In this document: positions 50,101-60,600 of the stretch, in pieces | Position numbering within the stretch: the first letter of the stretch is position 1 | Layout of the letters: every line of letters starts with the position of its first letter | DNA from: a virus | Lineage: Duplodnaviria > Caudoviricetes | Reading direction: 5' to 3' (one strand) | DNA length: 64,000 nucleotides | Virus record (IMG/VR): IMGVR_UViG_3300001919_000035 | Span: 10,257 to 74,256 of that record | The notes under the pieces: generated by a model | The model's input: the letters and a program-made list of their open reading frames with translations, nothing else | The model's database searches: none | What the model was told of the DNA's origin: nothing | Made by a program: the position numbers and the translations under genes

Positions 50101-53100
50101 TATTTGATCCTGAGTAAGATCAGAAACTGGGGCTTCAAATAAATCATCTACAATAATTTCAGCTACTTCTGCTGGTGTAGTCATTTGATTCCTTATATCT
50201 TCTGGCATATTATAATATGCAGTAGAATAAGCTCCTTTAATTGCATCAAAATGTTTATCTAATCTTTCTCTATTTTTATCAATAGCCTCATATATACTTA
50301 AAGATACTTCTTTAAATTTATATGCCCCAACATTGAACGCATCACCAAGTAGTTCCAAGAAAGCTTTAAAGATTTTAGCCTGTTTATCTGCTTGTGCAGC
50401 AGGATCAAATGCAAAACCAACACTATCATCCTCAAGTAAGTCCATGAACTTTCTAGCAGATTCTCTTAATTTTGCTTTAGCATCCTGAGTTTTAGTCTTA
50501 GCTTCTTGCTTTTTAGATTTAGTCGGTTTTTCTTCAATTACTGCTCCACCAGTTTCAGTAAATATATCATCTACAGTGGGTTCACCAGTACCTCCTGCAA
50601 AAGGATCTTCATCTGCTCCTATAGGTTCATCTGTAGGTTGAGGAGCAGGAGTTTCTTTCTCATTTACTTGAGTTTCTACATCCATTGGAGCTTTAGCTTC
50701 TGTAGCAGGCTTATTAGGATTAGGTTTCAATCCAATATCCTGTCCTTCTGCTGCTGCAATAAGAGCTGCATCTGCTTCTTCTAATTCAGAAGCTGCAACA
50801 CTATTTGTAATTGTAGCTTTTCTTTGTGGTCTTATAGGCTTCGTAGGTTCTACAGTTATAGCTTCTGGAGCTTCCTGAGCAGTAATTTCACCAGCAGGTA
50901 CAGTAACTGGTTTTGATGGAATAACAGGAGTAGCAGCAGCCTGTGCTTCTTTTACTCCAGACATACCTTCTATCTGTTCTTTACTCTCAGATTTCTTTTG
51001 CTGATAAAGATCAAACATTTCAGAAATAAGATTATCACCTTGATGTTCATGTATATTTCTTAATGCTTGAAGTTTAAGTTTACCAAGTTTTTTTCTACGT
51101 TTTCTATCTATTTTAGTACCTTCTTTACTAGTAGCAGTTTCAATTATATTATCTCTTTCTAACTGTTCTGTACCAGTTATTCTATTATTAGATAAACCTG
51201 CAAACGAATTGAATATTTCTTGATTTCTTTCTGAAGTAATACTAGATAAAATAAGATCTTCTGTTGCAGTATTTAGATCTTTTAACTCATCAACAGATGA
51301 AATGGCATCTAATGAATTAGAAAGATTATCAAATCTTTGTTTATTATCTTTATACCATTTTGGCATAGACTTCTGTAAAGCTTTTTCTCTTGCCCTAAGT
51401 CTATATTTAGCATCTTCAAGTTTAGCTAGCGTATATTGATTACCTCTAAATTCTGCTTCATTAACTTCACCTTTTAATGTACTAATTGCTTGATCTACTT
51501 CACCAAGCATATCGGTTATTAGCTTATTTTGTCTTACTGAATCAAATACACTTCTAATATCTTCTTTAGATATTTTTTGATCATTAGACTCAATAGCATT
51601 ATTTATTTCATTATAGGCGTTATTTAGACTCTTTTCAAGTACATTATTAAGTATTGTATTATTAGAAGCTAATTGATAAGCATTTCTATAAGCTATTTCT
51701 TTATCACTAACGTCTTGTAAAGAACTTATAAATTCTTTTTCAGATTGCATGTACAATCCTACAAGTTCACCAAATTCTTCTGTATCAGGTTCAATATCAA
51801 GAGTTTTAGCAAGATCCTTTACTCTATTGTTCTTTGCTAAATCAAATGCTCTAGCTGCATATTTAGCTTCTTCAATAGCATCTTCTCTATTAAATCCTTC
51901 TGGTAGATTTTCAGCATTACCATCAGCCAACGATTGCCAAGCATTTACTATTTCGGCTTCATGACCTTTAAACTTACCACTAGCATAAGCAACAGCTTTA
52001 GCCATTTCTTCCTTAGTATTAATTTCATTAGCAGCAAGTTCATTTACTCTGTCCATTCCTTGAGTTTCTTTTGCTAATGCATATGCACCACGAACATTTG
52101 TAGCACCACTAATAGGAGAGAGTAAACTAGCAGCTGCTCCTAACTTAACATTTTGCCAATATTCTGTATCATTTTCATATAAAGAGTCTTGATAACCAAA
52201 TGGACTACCAAGAATGTTAGCAGCAGTTCTAGCTTTCTCTTTATAAGCGCCTAATACAGATGATGCAATACCTTTTAAATCCAAAGTACTATCATCAAAA
52301 TCGCCTCTCTTGTATGCTTGACCCGTAGTATATTGAGAACCTTCTTCTACTCCTTCAATAAAGGCATCTGCAATATTACGAGCAGCAAGATCTGTACCAA
52401 TATAAGCAGCCTTTGCTGCTCTATTAGCCCACTTTCTAGTAGCAACGTCTATTGCATTTCTACCAAGTATATACTTAGATAAACGTTTCTTAGCTTCATC
52501 AGCAGCATATTCACCAACAGCCTCAGCAGGATTCATTACTTTGGTTGTTTTGCCTAATGCCTTGCCAACCCAACCATTAGCTACTTTACCAAAGTATGGT
52601 AACATGAGCATATCTCCTGCTACATTAGAAGCCCAAGTAATAGACATGTTTTGAGCAAAATCTCTATCCATACCTAATCTTGCTGATGAAATCATATTAG
52701 ATAGATTCTCATCATCTGTTTGTATTTGACCATCTAATATCTTTTCAAATATTTTGTCATCAGAAAGATTATTGTATTTTTCTGGTATGTTACCTTGTGC
52801 TCTAGCTCTATCTACTACATTAAAGATTGAATCACCACTATCAGTTAACATAGTAGCTACTCTATCTCTAAAGTCATCTGCAACATTTGCGTTTGCTTCA
52901 TTTTCAGCTTGCTTATAGTTAGAGTAAATCATTAATCCTGCATTAGCAACATCTAATGCAGTAGATATACCACCAACAACTGCACCTGCTGAACCACCTA
53001 CTAAAGTACCAAGACCAGGAACAACACTACCAGCAGCAGCGCCAGCAGCAGTAGTAGCAGCTGCTTTAACTAAAGCCTTTGTAGCAACACTTTTAAGAGC

Positions 53101-53892
53101 AGTAGTAGCATATGGAGCTACTTGCCACCACCAAGCAGAAGAAGAACTACCTACAGCAGAAGGAACTGTATAAACCCATTTACTAGGTTCTGACCATTTG
53201 AATTCTCCATTTTGTTCAGCAGCTTGTTTGAATCTTTCATCAACATTATATCTTGATATATCATTCTCATCAGTTTCTATATCATCATATAATTCTTGTG
53301 CCCTTTTTTTATAGTTATCTAATTCTACTTCTTGTTGAGTACGTATATCAGCAGCATTACTCATATCAGGATTAACTCCAATACTACCTAAATATTGTCG
53401 AGTTAATTCTAACTTATTATTGATTTCATTTAATCCTTGCTGAATAGCATTTACTTCATCTGCACTTTCTGCTACTGCACCACGATTCAATAATTCATCT
53501 TTCTGTCTCATTAAATCATCGTATGCAGAAAACATACTAATGTTGTAATTAGCTTTGTCAATATTTGGTAATACTTCTCTCCTAAGAACTCCTTGTGTAT
53601 TAGCAATTTGAGCTTCGTTCATACTAACTAAAGACTGCTTAACAGAATTAGTTATAAGATCGTATGTATTCAAATCTTTGTAACTGTCTTCCATTGTAGA
53701 ATCCGTATCAAGATTTTCATTATAAGTATCTTTCTTATAACTAGCTAAGTCTTTAAGCACCAAAGTAGGGTCAACAGTTGACCCTACTTCAGGATTATTA
53801 GTACCATTTGAAGCATTCAAATAATCTTCGTAATTTTTCTTGCGAAGTTTAACTGCCAATGGAACATCTTGTATTTTTGTCTTATTCTCCAT
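41119..53892 (-). CDS. Virion-packaged RNA polymerase polyprotein, 4257 aa
   Basis: Two-barrel RNAP catalytic motif ARTGSDFDIDK; zincin YHEGYH...EEYLAE; crAss-like gene context. Confidence 0.88.
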   Translation of the reverse strand: MENKTKIQDVPLAVKLRKKNYEDYLNASNGTNNPEVGSTVDPTLVLKDLASYKKDTYNENLDTDSTMEDSYKDLNTYDLITNSVKQSLVSMNEAQIANTQGVLRREVLPNIDKANYNISMFSAYDDLMRQKDELLNRGAVAESADEVNAIQQGLNEINNKLELTRQYLGSIGVNPDMSNAADIRTQQEVELDNYKKRAQELYDDIETDENDISRYNVDERFKQAAEQNGEFKWSEPSKWVYTVPSAVGSSSSAWWWQVAPYATTALKSVATKALVKAAATTAAGAAAGSVVPGLGTLVGGSAGAVVGGISTALDVANAGLMIYSNYKQAENEANANVADDFRDRVATMLTDSGDSIFNVVDRARAQGNIPEKYNNLSDDKIFEKILDGQIQTDDENLSNMISSARLGMDRDFAQNMSITWASNVAGDMLMLPYFGKVANGWVGKALGKTTKVMNPAEAVGEYAADEAKKRLSKYILGRNAIDVATRKWANRAAKAAYIGTDLAARNIADAFIEGVEEGSQYTTGQAYKRGDFDDSTLDLKGIASSVLGAYKEKARTAANILGSPFGYQDSLYENDTEYWQNVKLGAAASLLSPISGATNVRGAYALAKETQGMDRVNELAANEINTKEEMAKAVAYASGKFKGHEAEIVNAWQSLADGNAENLPEGFNREDAIEEAKYAARAFDLAKNNRVKDLAKTLDIEPDTEEFGELVGLYMQSEKEFISSLQDVSDKEIAYRNAYQLASNNTILNNVLEKSLNNAYNEINNAIESNDQKISKEDIRSVFDSVRQNKLITDMLGEVDQAISTLKGEVNEAEFRGNQYTLAKLEDAKYRLRAREKALQKSMPKWYKDNKQRFDNLSNSLDAISSVDELKDLNTATEDLILSSITSERNQEIFNSFAGLSNNRITGTEQLERDNIIETATSKEGTKIDRKRRKKLGKLKLQALRNIHEHQGDNLISEMFDLYQQKKSESKEQIEGMSGVKEAQAAATPVIPSKPVTVPAGEITAQEAPEAITVEPTKPIRPQRKATITNSVAASELEEADAALIAAAEGQDIGLKPNPNKPATEAKAPMDVETQVNEKETPAPQPTDEPIGADEDPFAGGTGEPTVDDIFTETGGAVIEEKPTKSKKQEAKTKTQDAKAKLRESARKFMDLLEDDSVGFAFDPAAQADKQAKIFKAFLELLGDAFNVGAYKFKEVSLSIYEAIDKNRERLDKHFDAIKGAYSTAYYNMPEDIRNQMTTPAEVAEIIVDDLFEAPVSDLTQDQIKDAVNDGVLPSPQAPDAIPQDAITDSQLADFSENSELGILNTFHYLPTATVGEKIELNGQYIQFSPNSELPELFKNNSSNLSYEYAVAPYYERATGKTVNWSNPNTYDYARVGMIVTDSKSGKRYWIAMRSPNNIRGLSAEEYQDMINKLRERRADIISRFVKTDENGKLLNAIDPNIKVTPTRLLLHNAIEGTLASERPISDKQYNTIFQLSSNLDEELKNFAYSTGVRSTETIFNLEGDNTGFIGTTSGGVYYIIDGKKRLSSRPLPLKLNMSRLNKHPQLVKTIADIVFKYGFKSGDQVNDTNLIGSDIIDLFLNYGDPTTVNVESDINDAAKNNLRNKQLYIDNKGQFGVLHYGTNQVQLAGLSAAQKEQEKQHFIDWLMTTGSIPFKVPSKNNQELSVTTKLSQAFQGRLNSSVEKAGGKLQLFDGISFTKDDMDKSLLAWLVKNGLIQTNLNAERYNRPYVIADGITQDMPTTIPQSTAIPTVAQPVQEQPVAERPKAKKRRSFSDLTTMGGSKAEVKVNFTPNKKYTTKEKMNPIQAKRFLKEKLGMNDSEISIIDTAISSGIPSTALSHMTNDAVILATSDPAGVEYHEGYHRVSLLLMSNEQRNKIYDEYRRTHRNLKNATDKVIEEYLAEDFRAFMLNRATKKAYRITKWFDKLRDFVLSLFGRVTPTSIFRGIYEGKYANIPVNAESKARFEQVYGDRVNFTQHGYEFKNIKALDNYNQAVEFFAISYINQSLNSQDVVNDLSNITIDYADMRELLLDLSEDENATPEQRAAAGELYDHFDIFQQDLQSYLSSLNLKQVKEEEIYEEDEERDGGDIEKENFDKYDKASYEVSILHNIRPAVKLFLSSIEDRLYKNGSYVRDINPETGIPKVTPFLTAWRRIVDKMFDEDTYSGLIKRAAQLAKTDSFFASVYDKLSSVENENLQTQIFQTITGYRHNFLTVGFQNIGENAIQYMANLGGSVNLRNGKKIVNDWNRNFFNSAFVYTDESGNRKPDMNKLKEARDKLTSITNELARMTDSTSNEQFNEVLYKFVDFYNSIGIGVNYDTLFQAIVDKVSAVNSVNKPTLLQAAKDLLTSNRDGSLAKALPEILRRPVKDKNSDRIKRTLDGIFTGESSILNLAIVHYQKNTNNLEEKVLGPKNTTVYPLSKYNYLTLEVKKLNNDRNYVSKLLKCPINTSSLVYNSLKSNPNTRLTVGTLLNITEYNSGNTGTDYQSAPKIETFISKFVCSENDILLLPTMSDKKTYMPIQGLKLFKNRTLQFTPIENSVDVRFSNDVIEQFYKYYRSEYDAILQYRRMKLAEDKIDDANRPTKYFGKRGQDNGRGGKFRITRGVYKYDADGNLNYMSFDSLSDQELMDYFNNKAQLKEDLNTTLQVMVGKQLDYIKKLGLITKNNNGLYKNVYLPVSNINERTNSLANSISTLSGDQNKDFRENLAIYDAIATFTVNNFVSMFETEKVFYKDEAFYKSYPDVSKRLAGTLSTGDRPRTDFSNPNHIMNSNERFKQGRYNVAGLKDIELRTNQPAELYKAIYNAYVREYMEASGKFTDEYINDVFTSDDVFLSESVPEDIKALAKQNTERDLSLYGDIKRKEDGTIEVNEEKTPINQADASVYVSPTMYKAILASHGQLTPEVEAAIDYVEEHADDLGDIRKYTNTLAAILSPKKMVYFGNEILQPLPGEFINMPIFNKMAIFPLFKVLATGDLRVLYDRMSDTKNPIDMFTTDSAVKVGNIVEYDFYTDATQSQVTDFFTKDDNGYYKQPITFRQQNFSNLLNQMPIEAHDAEKRMLVTQAMKTVYSNIRLDGDYTLPGGKVVKGREMRDLAMKAIDNLSDRGLNRILKSLHAVKNEDGTYSFNDLAGLSDKLTRDMIASNMDTDMIEQVGLNEKGQFNVPLSASPVAKQLVTKIISGVNKETVDINLPGGTFVQMSSFGLKSIEKVKASESGQYSKYMVNGGNRLKLKNTNNSMDCVISINLLKHIIPGYSNMSFLEARQWLIDNHIIGDNASPSSMAYRVPTQGMSSIAALTIRDVVMSQAGDIIIMPDEFTARTGSDFDIDKLFLTRYNYTVRRSNQLGKEVSKEKVEIALKGYNEWADEVLGIKDGEPVTRRNSMKASESINQYLSETNSNIAYDVNTGTYREYAYTATKTQYDFNKSVEENSQGAVENLLIDTFMASMLDPKNVHDTTRPLDVPVNIMKNGIVKKYFPDVTNNTALYEYTEEYQDNLKQDFADSKSGIGPFALNNPHHVLGQLVELVMQAPEYMPNMGNLHKVTGVDDIHILDWLSALISAHVDVAKDNYIIKLNVNTFTYNITNLLLRNGAGKNTMYFVSQEIMKRMAQDYIQSKGVYGIDTSKTFQRRYDEKEKSIIDEFTKKAQTLAKSNDQKEQLKDLLLNDRITDEVLFEIPESGKLGYLENLLDKANKKDKDFDYYYGQLLVYKLYKQLDPMARALSDLVKASQVDTKKFGKNAIEMRQFMDKVADMYNSPYFTPQMIKKFYEDTFLQRKIDNSILFTLNLLDKVNIQSKTQYYNLFKSFVNSSGLKSVSNKQTITAITNAMDSYWKSYSLYDNVNSPLIGSLRSLRDLFIGDNSIAKRLNRIKKDIINDAANNGNKYPVISVTNGRISNLFLNSLTGVTDSSGKAIDYIRLDYSDDISSNASRQIREYWQELLDSDNNELHDLAYDLVRYAVFSGHGTKHLNSLFDFIPMRQLEELGYYENVRALEETNDFSRIFTEEDVHEIYRNNWQDNTLVPVLDTSKKGVYVHRERRGNKMVPVAIKGSNRQMICKNLDDTPLYHPYIKVRSNNSTGGYDLYKFIGTYTKQDGKRTLNKPLYILVNKKGFREGGKGVVTEYMSSYVMGSTKFSRYSIITGNNVAPTYSEYDNNFLEDIPEVINDLINKVNSQSNNPKLPGISGIFSPASTVNYMFGFDMSENRSGIEEINSEVDENGEIIESSPIVIGNDTEQSIQSTELDTDLQNLAEQGKQRRKEC

Positions 53893-55648
53893 AGATTAAA
53901 TTCTCATTATCTGCTCTATATAAAGCATTATTTTTGGATCCCATTTTAGTATATTGGAATTCTTCCTGATTAGCTCTTTCTCTAGTTTGCTGATTAGTAA
54001 GTACTCCTTTCATTACAGGTATTTCTACATATACTCCATTATACTGTACTTCTGCACCAGGAGAGAATGTACCATCTTTTTCTGTTCTAACACTGCTAAT
54101 ATTAACAATTTTACCATCTGGTCCAGGTATTCTACCATTTACAGATTTTAAGAAGTTATTAAACCCATCACTTTTTAGTACATCTTCAGGATCGCCTACT
54201 CCACCAAACATTCCTGTTTTAGTAAATCCGTATCTATCAGCATTATCAATAAAGTATTGTACAGGTACATATGCTTTATATTCTTGAGTATAGGATTCGT
54301 CTCCAGGTAAACCATTCTCTATTAATACTTTACTTGTAGGAGTAACACCTGTATTTGGTATAGCACCTGAAATAAGATCTTGTTCAAACGCTACCCTAGC
54401 TGGATTCCAATTAGCATCATTAACGGTAATACCCATCTTAGAGTTGACATATTGTTCTTGTGTCATCATTCCAGTAAGATTAGTACCTGAATAAATAGGA
54501 GCTCCAGTAATACCTTTTATAATTGTACTCTTATCTAATTCTGCATCATTAATGAACTGAGCATTACTACCTATATCTGTTGATAATTGAGATATAATAT
54601 TAGAAGCACTCTTATTACGATTTAATGGTAATTGAGTACCATTAGGATCTTGTCTATTAATATAAGTCTCATACCATTTACTACCAGGAGAGAATGTTTG
54701 TTGCATTCTTTCAAGTTGAGAATTATATTTCAGTTTCTTACCATCTGGAGTAGTATATGAGCTTGGTTTATCCATTAAAGAAGCTGCAAGTTTAGTAGTA
54801 AACTGTACTGGCATTGCTCCTTCTTCACCTTTCTTTTGAGCAGCTGCTTTTAGACCAGCCTCATAATTAAGTTTAGCAAAGTCATTAACCTCTCTAGTAG
54901 GTCTAATAGTTCTATCTATGTTAGATTCGATTATAGAATCTCTAAACCATTCAATTGCTTGAGCATCATTAGCACCAGTTCTTTGCTTATATACTTGCAT
55001 ATGCTTTTGTGCTTCTGGCGTACTTACTATATCATTTAAATGAGCATCTGCAACATCCTCAAGATCTTTTAATGTATTACCAAAGTAATCATATCCACCT
55101 TTTGTATAAAGGTAACCTTTCTGTAATTTAGCATAGTAAGGATCTGATAATTCTCTAATATCTTTGTAAGCTAAAGGAGAAACGTCATTGTATATACCAG
55201 AACTAAGAGTGTCATAATTAGCAAAATCAACGCCATGCCACATTTCATTAAATTTACCAGCAGCGGCAAGTTTCTGATTCATTTGCATTCTCTGTTCCAA
55301 TCCTTCTTTACTTTGCTTTAATAATGATAATTTATATCTATCAACATTATTAATTAAAGAATTAATTTGAGCTCTACCTTCTGGAGTTTTAAGAGCTTCA
55401 ATATTCCTAGATAATTGTTCTACTATAGGTTTTGCTCTACCCATAGTTTCATCATACCAAGCTTTTGTGTCCTTAGCAGATGGAGATCTAAAATCTGACC
55501 ACTTATCTAATGCTCCAGAGAGATCTTGAATAGCTTTGTCTACTCTAGCATTTGCATCCTTACCAAGTGTATATAATTGTTGAAATGGTATAGGAGCATA
55601 TGTATTTATGAATTGTGCCTGAGCAGGCTGATCGTATCTATTTACCAT
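53882..55648 (-). CDS. Ejection / virion cargo protein
   Basis: 588-aa ORF, MVNRYDQPAQAQFINTYAPIPF, adjacent to the virion RNAP gene. Confidence 0.7.
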   Translation of the reverse strand: MVNRYDQPAQAQFINTYAPIPFQQLYTLGKDANARVDKAIQDLSGALDKWSDFRSPSAKDTKAWYDETMGRAKPIVEQLSRNIEALKTPEGRAQINSLINNVDRYKLSLLKQSKEGLEQRMQMNQKLAAAGKFNEMWHGVDFANYDTLSSGIYNDVSPLAYKDIRELSDPYYAKLQKGYLYTKGGYDYFGNTLKDLEDVADAHLNDIVSTPEAQKHMQVYKQRTGANDAQAIEWFRDSIIESNIDRTIRPTREVNDFAKLNYEAGLKAAAQKKGEEGAMPVQFTTKLAASLMDKPSSYTTPDGKKLKYNSQLERMQQTFSPGSKWYETYINRQDPNGTQLPLNRNKSASNIISQLSTDIGSNAQFINDAELDKSTIIKGITGAPIYSGTNLTGMMTQEQYVNSKMGITVNDANWNPARVAFEQDLISGAIPNTGVTPTSKVLIENGLPGDESYTQEYKAYVPVQYFIDNADRYGFTKTGMFGGVGDPEDVLKSDGFNNFLKSVNGRIPGPDGKIVNISSVRTEKDGTFSPGAEVQYNGVYVEIPVMKGVLTNQQTRERANQEEFQYTKMGSKNNALYRADNENLIYGE

Positions 55649-55650
55649 AT

Positions 55651-57618
55651 TTATTTTCTCCCATAATATCTTCTATCCATATCTTCTATTAATTCTTTAG
55701 AATTTCCATATGCTAAGAAATTCTTTAAGTATGGATAAATCATTTCATCTCTATTAGCTTGATTTCTCTCTTGTCTACGAACCTGATTCCACTGACCAAG
55801 CTGACTAAGACCTGTACCAGTAAACGTTCTACTCATTGCTCTATTTCTAGCATTAGCGTCATCAGTAAGTCGTTGACCTTGTACAAATTGCTGACCAAGA
55901 TTATTCATCATATTTGCATATTCTCCTAAGTAAGCATTATCAGCATTTTGTTTAGTAGCATACATATCAGCATTATTAGCATATTCAGATACAGCTGCTT
56001 GAGTTCTGAATGCTAAGTTAGCACCTGTATTAGCATTCATATTAGCTGCATTATAATTAGCAATTGCTCTAGAACGTCTGTTTGCTTCTCTTGCAGGATT
56101 GATGTTCATTCTACGTCTAGCCATAGTTCTAGCAGTAGCACCAGCATATGGATTAAGAACATTGTCTTCTATTTCTGGTCCTCTAATACCTTGTATTAAA
56201 TTATATGCAACTGGTGCTAAATCTAACCAATCACCTAGATTACCAGTATTAAACTTACTAGATTCTCTATCTCTCGTTTCCTTATCTGGAACATTAATTT
56301 CTGCTAATTTTGGTTTATTTAAAGTCAGTGTTGGAGTAGGTAATTGCGGCGTATCCAGATTGAATATTTGAACTGGTGGTGTTGGTGCCCAATTGAAAGA
56401 ATCTAAATAATTAGGTTTAGTAGATTTTGTTCCAGATTGAATAGATTTTTTATTAGGCGTAGCAGCTTTTACTGGACTAACTGAAGGATCAGTTTCATTT
56501 ACTTCTACTTGTAGAGTATTAACAGGAGAAATATTTGGCGTTAATATAGTTTCTCCAGTAATACCGTCTACAGAATAATCAGGTAAAGCAGGAGCATAAT
56601 CATAAAATGCTGGTGCACTACCGTATGTTTGTATAAGTCTTTTATTTGGATTTAACTGTATATCAGAACCTTCAGATCCCTTAACTACATAATTAGGACT
56701 AGCACCTAATCCAGCTCTGTTACTTGCATTTGTAAATGCTCTACCAAGTGATTGATTTGTATTAGCATTACTAGCTGGAGTAAGAAGAAATTCTTTGCCT
56801 TTCTTTACCAAATAATCACCAAGTCGTCTTGTCCAATCACCACCACCATTTTGGTATGCAGGTATACCTTTATTCTTAGGTTTAATTCCTTTTTTAGCTT
56901 TCACTTGTTCTTGCTCTGCTAATAGTTCATTATATTTTCTATTTGCATTACGTCTATTTAATTCATTAGTATTATCTGCAAATACATCTTTACCTTTACT
57001 TGATTTTGTCATCTTAGTAAGTTTTTTTCCTTCCTCTGCAAACGTTTTATTCGTTCCAGGTCTTTTTATCTTATCTGACAATACAGATTCTAGATCACTA
57101 GCATCTACTAAGTGATTATCTGTACCAGGTTTGTTATTAGGTACTTGATCTATATTACCATATACATCTCTAATTACTTCATTGTTATCTAAATAAGCCA
57201 AATCATTAGGTATAATACCACCATTAGCATATGTATATGCCATAGCATTATCATCCCAATATTCTGATTCATTAATAGCAGCATTGTTTAATCCTAATTG
57301 AGCTTCTTGTGCAGTTTCTTTTCTACGTTTCATTTCACGTATTTTCTTACGTTTATTGAATCCTTTAAATAAACCACCTGCTAAACCTATAACTCCACCA
57401 GCAATGGCACCAATAGGACCCGCAGCCATACCAATAGAAGCACCAGAAGCAGCACCACTAAGAGCACCTCCTGCTATATCTGCACCAGAACCTTCTTCTC
57501 CAAAAGCAGACATAGAAGATCCAGCTACACCGCCAATACCAGCAATACCTTGCATTTGATCTATTCCGAATGCGTATGCTGGAGCTTTTACTCTCTTTTT
57601 ATTAATTCTTTTTTTCAT
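55651..57618 (-). CDS. Virion cargo protein with a glycine-rich hydrophobic segment
   Basis: GAASGASIGMAAGPIGAIAGGVIGLAGG, YANGG motif, N/Q/A-rich helical C-terminus. Confidence 0.7.
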   Translation of the reverse strand: MKKRINKKRVKAPAYAFGIDQMQGIAGIGGVAGSSMSAFGEEGSGADIAGGALSGAASGASIGMAAGPIGAIAGGVIGLAGGLFKGFNKRKKIREMKRRKETAQEAQLGLNNAAINESEYWDDNAMAYTYANGGIIPNDLAYLDNNEVIRDVYGNIDQVPNNKPGTDNHLVDASDLESVLSDKIKRPGTNKTFAEEGKKLTKMTKSSKGKDVFADNTNELNRRNANRKYNELLAEQEQVKAKKGIKPKNKGIPAYQNGGGDWTRRLGDYLVKKGKEFLLTPASNANTNQSLGRAFTNASNRAGLGASPNYVVKGSEGSDIQLNPNKRLIQTYGSAPAFYDYAPALPDYSVDGITGETILTPNISPVNTLQVEVNETDPSVSPVKAATPNKKSIQSGTKSTKPNYLDSFNWAPTPPVQIFNLDTPQLPTPTLTLNKPKLAEINVPDKETRDRESSKFNTGNLGDWLDLAPVAYNLIQGIRGPEIEDNVLNPYAGATARTMARRRMNINPAREANRRSRAIANYNAANMNANTGANLAFRTQAAVSEYANNADMYATKQNADNAYLGEYANMMNNLGQQFVQGQRLTDDANARNRAMSRTFTGTGLSQLGQWNQVRRQERNQANRDEMIYPYLKNFLAYGNSKELIEDMDRRYYGRK

Positions 57619-57619
57619 A

Positions 57620-60600
57620 TTAAATCATCGAATATCTATAAGCTGTGCTAATATATGGTACTTTAAATGTGTTTCCACCATTACAATCGTATTTATAGTG
57701 ACATATTAAGTATTTACCTTTCATTCTGTCTTTATACGACTTATTAACAAGCTGTTGAGCTTCATTTAATTCTATACTATTTCTAGGAATAGCAAATTTA
57801 TAAGTATCCTCTCTATAATCTATACCAGTCTTAGTTGTTGTGTAACTAGTTTGACGTTTTGTTTCAAAGTAAATGTTATCAAAATTAGTATCATATGTGA
57901 AATCTCCACCATATTCTACATTATCAAATGTTTTAGTTTGTGGATAAGCATCGTTTACTATGAAACGTATGTATGATATTTTATCTCTATCTCCATACAA
58001 ATCTAACTCATCTCCAGAATTATACTTAAACAATCCTAAAGATTTAAATGTATAGATCTTATCTGAGAACTCTATGTACCAATCTGGAGCAAACGTATAG
58101 AATGATGTCATTACTCCAAGTTGTTCATTAAAAGCTAATGTTTTATTTTCCAGAGTAAAGAGAGCCTCATTATATTTCTTATCGTAACACAATTGAGGAT
58201 CAATACTAAACGGTACATCTTTATCAGATAAATATGATTGTACACCTTTAATCTTTGATAAAGTTTCTAATGAACCATTAAATGCACACAACTCTTTTCT
58301 ATCATCATCATACCAGTATACTGTGGAATCTGATTGAGTAGTAGCTCTTAATTGATTTCTTTTCAAACCATTCTTAGTAGTTACATAATCAAATCTAGTA
58401 AGTATACCACCAGTACCCAGAGTAAGAGAGCCTAAATTGTTATCACTTATCAACGAACGTTCATTGACTGCCAATGTGCCAAATGCGTCATCTTGCCAGT
58501 ATACTAAATTATTCTTAAACAATTTCATATTGTTGATAGAACCGAATCTATTATCAACATCTATGTAATTAGCAACTTTAAACTTAGTCCAAGAATCTGT
58601 TACTTCATTATTAGTTTTAGGCTGTGAACTTAATACTCTAGAATCTGTAGTTAAATTGTCAATACTATATATTGACTTACTTACAAATACTTTAGCTCTT
58701 GGTTGAGCTGAAAATGCATCATTATAAGCATACAACGGAACTGTTTGTGAATACAAGTCACCTATCTGAGTTATATCATTTTCAACAAAGTGATTAGCAT
58801 ATCCAGTAGCAGGATCATATGTTCTACTTACTTGGACATTGTCAGATCTTAAAGATAAATTGATAGATGATTCACAAGGTATGTAAGCACCATTATATGT
58901 ACGATTCAATCTACCACTCTTTTCATCATTGGAATCATATTGATCAGCTTGATAAGCAAACATAGCATTAGCATAATCTAATACACCAATATATGTATCT
59001 CCTCCAAATACTCTAGAATAACTAGTATCTACTTTGTTATAAGATCCTGTTGAAATATATACTGAATTCTGTCTAGATGCATGTGAACTACCACCATATT
59101 GATTTACATTCTGTTTAATATTACAAAGCATTACTGCATTTGTTTTATTAATATCAGAATTAGAATTTGCTAGTGGTATATTAGTATGTAAGTTATCACT
59201 TCTAAACACAGCACAAATGCCATGAGGACCTATCTTCTGTACATTGTTCCAATCTTCAGAGGTTCCGTGTGCATACCACATCCAATTATAATATACAGAA
59301 TCACCAATTGAAGTAGGTTTAGTTTTCCATGCATTATCAGTCTGATCAAAAGGATCAGTATTGATTGCCATTCTAATAGTATTTATAGATGCTTCTGGAT
59401 ATGATACCGAAGCTCTTTTATAATACTTTGCTAATGTGGCAGTGTAGAAATTACCAGCATCTATGCGTATAGCTCTATCAGTACCTACATAACCATTATT
59501 CTTATTATAATCTAAATCAGAAACATTGTGTATAGTTCTACCATCAGACTTAATAGATTTAGCATTTGCTAGTACTTTGGGATTACTTTCTGTACCAATA
59601 GTTGAATTAATAGGAGAAGACAATTCGTATATTGCTTGAATGGTATCAAATCTATCAACCATTTCCTCAGCATTTTCTCTATTAACACATAACTCTGGTG
59701 ATACGAATATAAAGTAATTAGGTGAAGTATAATCAGACATTGCAAATACAGCATGGTATTTGCTGGAAGCGCTAACATACTTATGGTTATTAGAATAAGC
59801 CAAGTAAGGATATGGATATATCTCATTACTGGACGCTCCATCTCCTGTAGTTACTCCACTGATAATACCTTGAGCTATAATACTTCTATCAGAAATAGTA
59901 CGTTCACATCTAACTATTTCATATCCAGTAACACCTAATTCTTTAAGTTTGTCTATATTAACATGAAATTCTATACCAAGGGGATGAGTTACTACAGATA
60001 ACTTAGCAGTTTCCATATCACCACCCAAGTCTACTTTACCAGATGAAAATATCTCATAACCAGGTGTATTAGCTTTTGGCATTCTAATATCTGCAATCCA
60101 ATGAGCTGATGATGCCATACTGCTTTCATTGTAAAGTATTATGGCAAATCTATAAACCTCATCACGTTGATAACTTCTAACATAAGCATCTACATATGGA
60201 TTAGAATAATTAAGAATATTATCCGAAGTAGGTAATATAAATCCTCCTACTCTTTCTTGAAATCCAGTATGATCAGTTACTGTATATAGATTTATTTTAT
60301 TTGTACTATACTTCTTAGATATTAAAGAAAAGTCTTCATTGAAGTATCCATCCCTAGCAACAGTAGAACTATCTTCAATAAGATCTGCGGTTACAAATCT
60401 ATACCATATATTCTTCCCTGCGCCACCATACAAATAATTACCTGTACTAGTTCTAAAGTATCTATATTCAGAAGATTCGTCATAGTTATAAGGGCATATA
60501 CAATCGTGATCAATTGGAATATCTGGTATATTGTCAATATCAAATGATCTAGATTGCTGACCTGAATTAGATATTAATGATACATTACCAGTTTTATCAC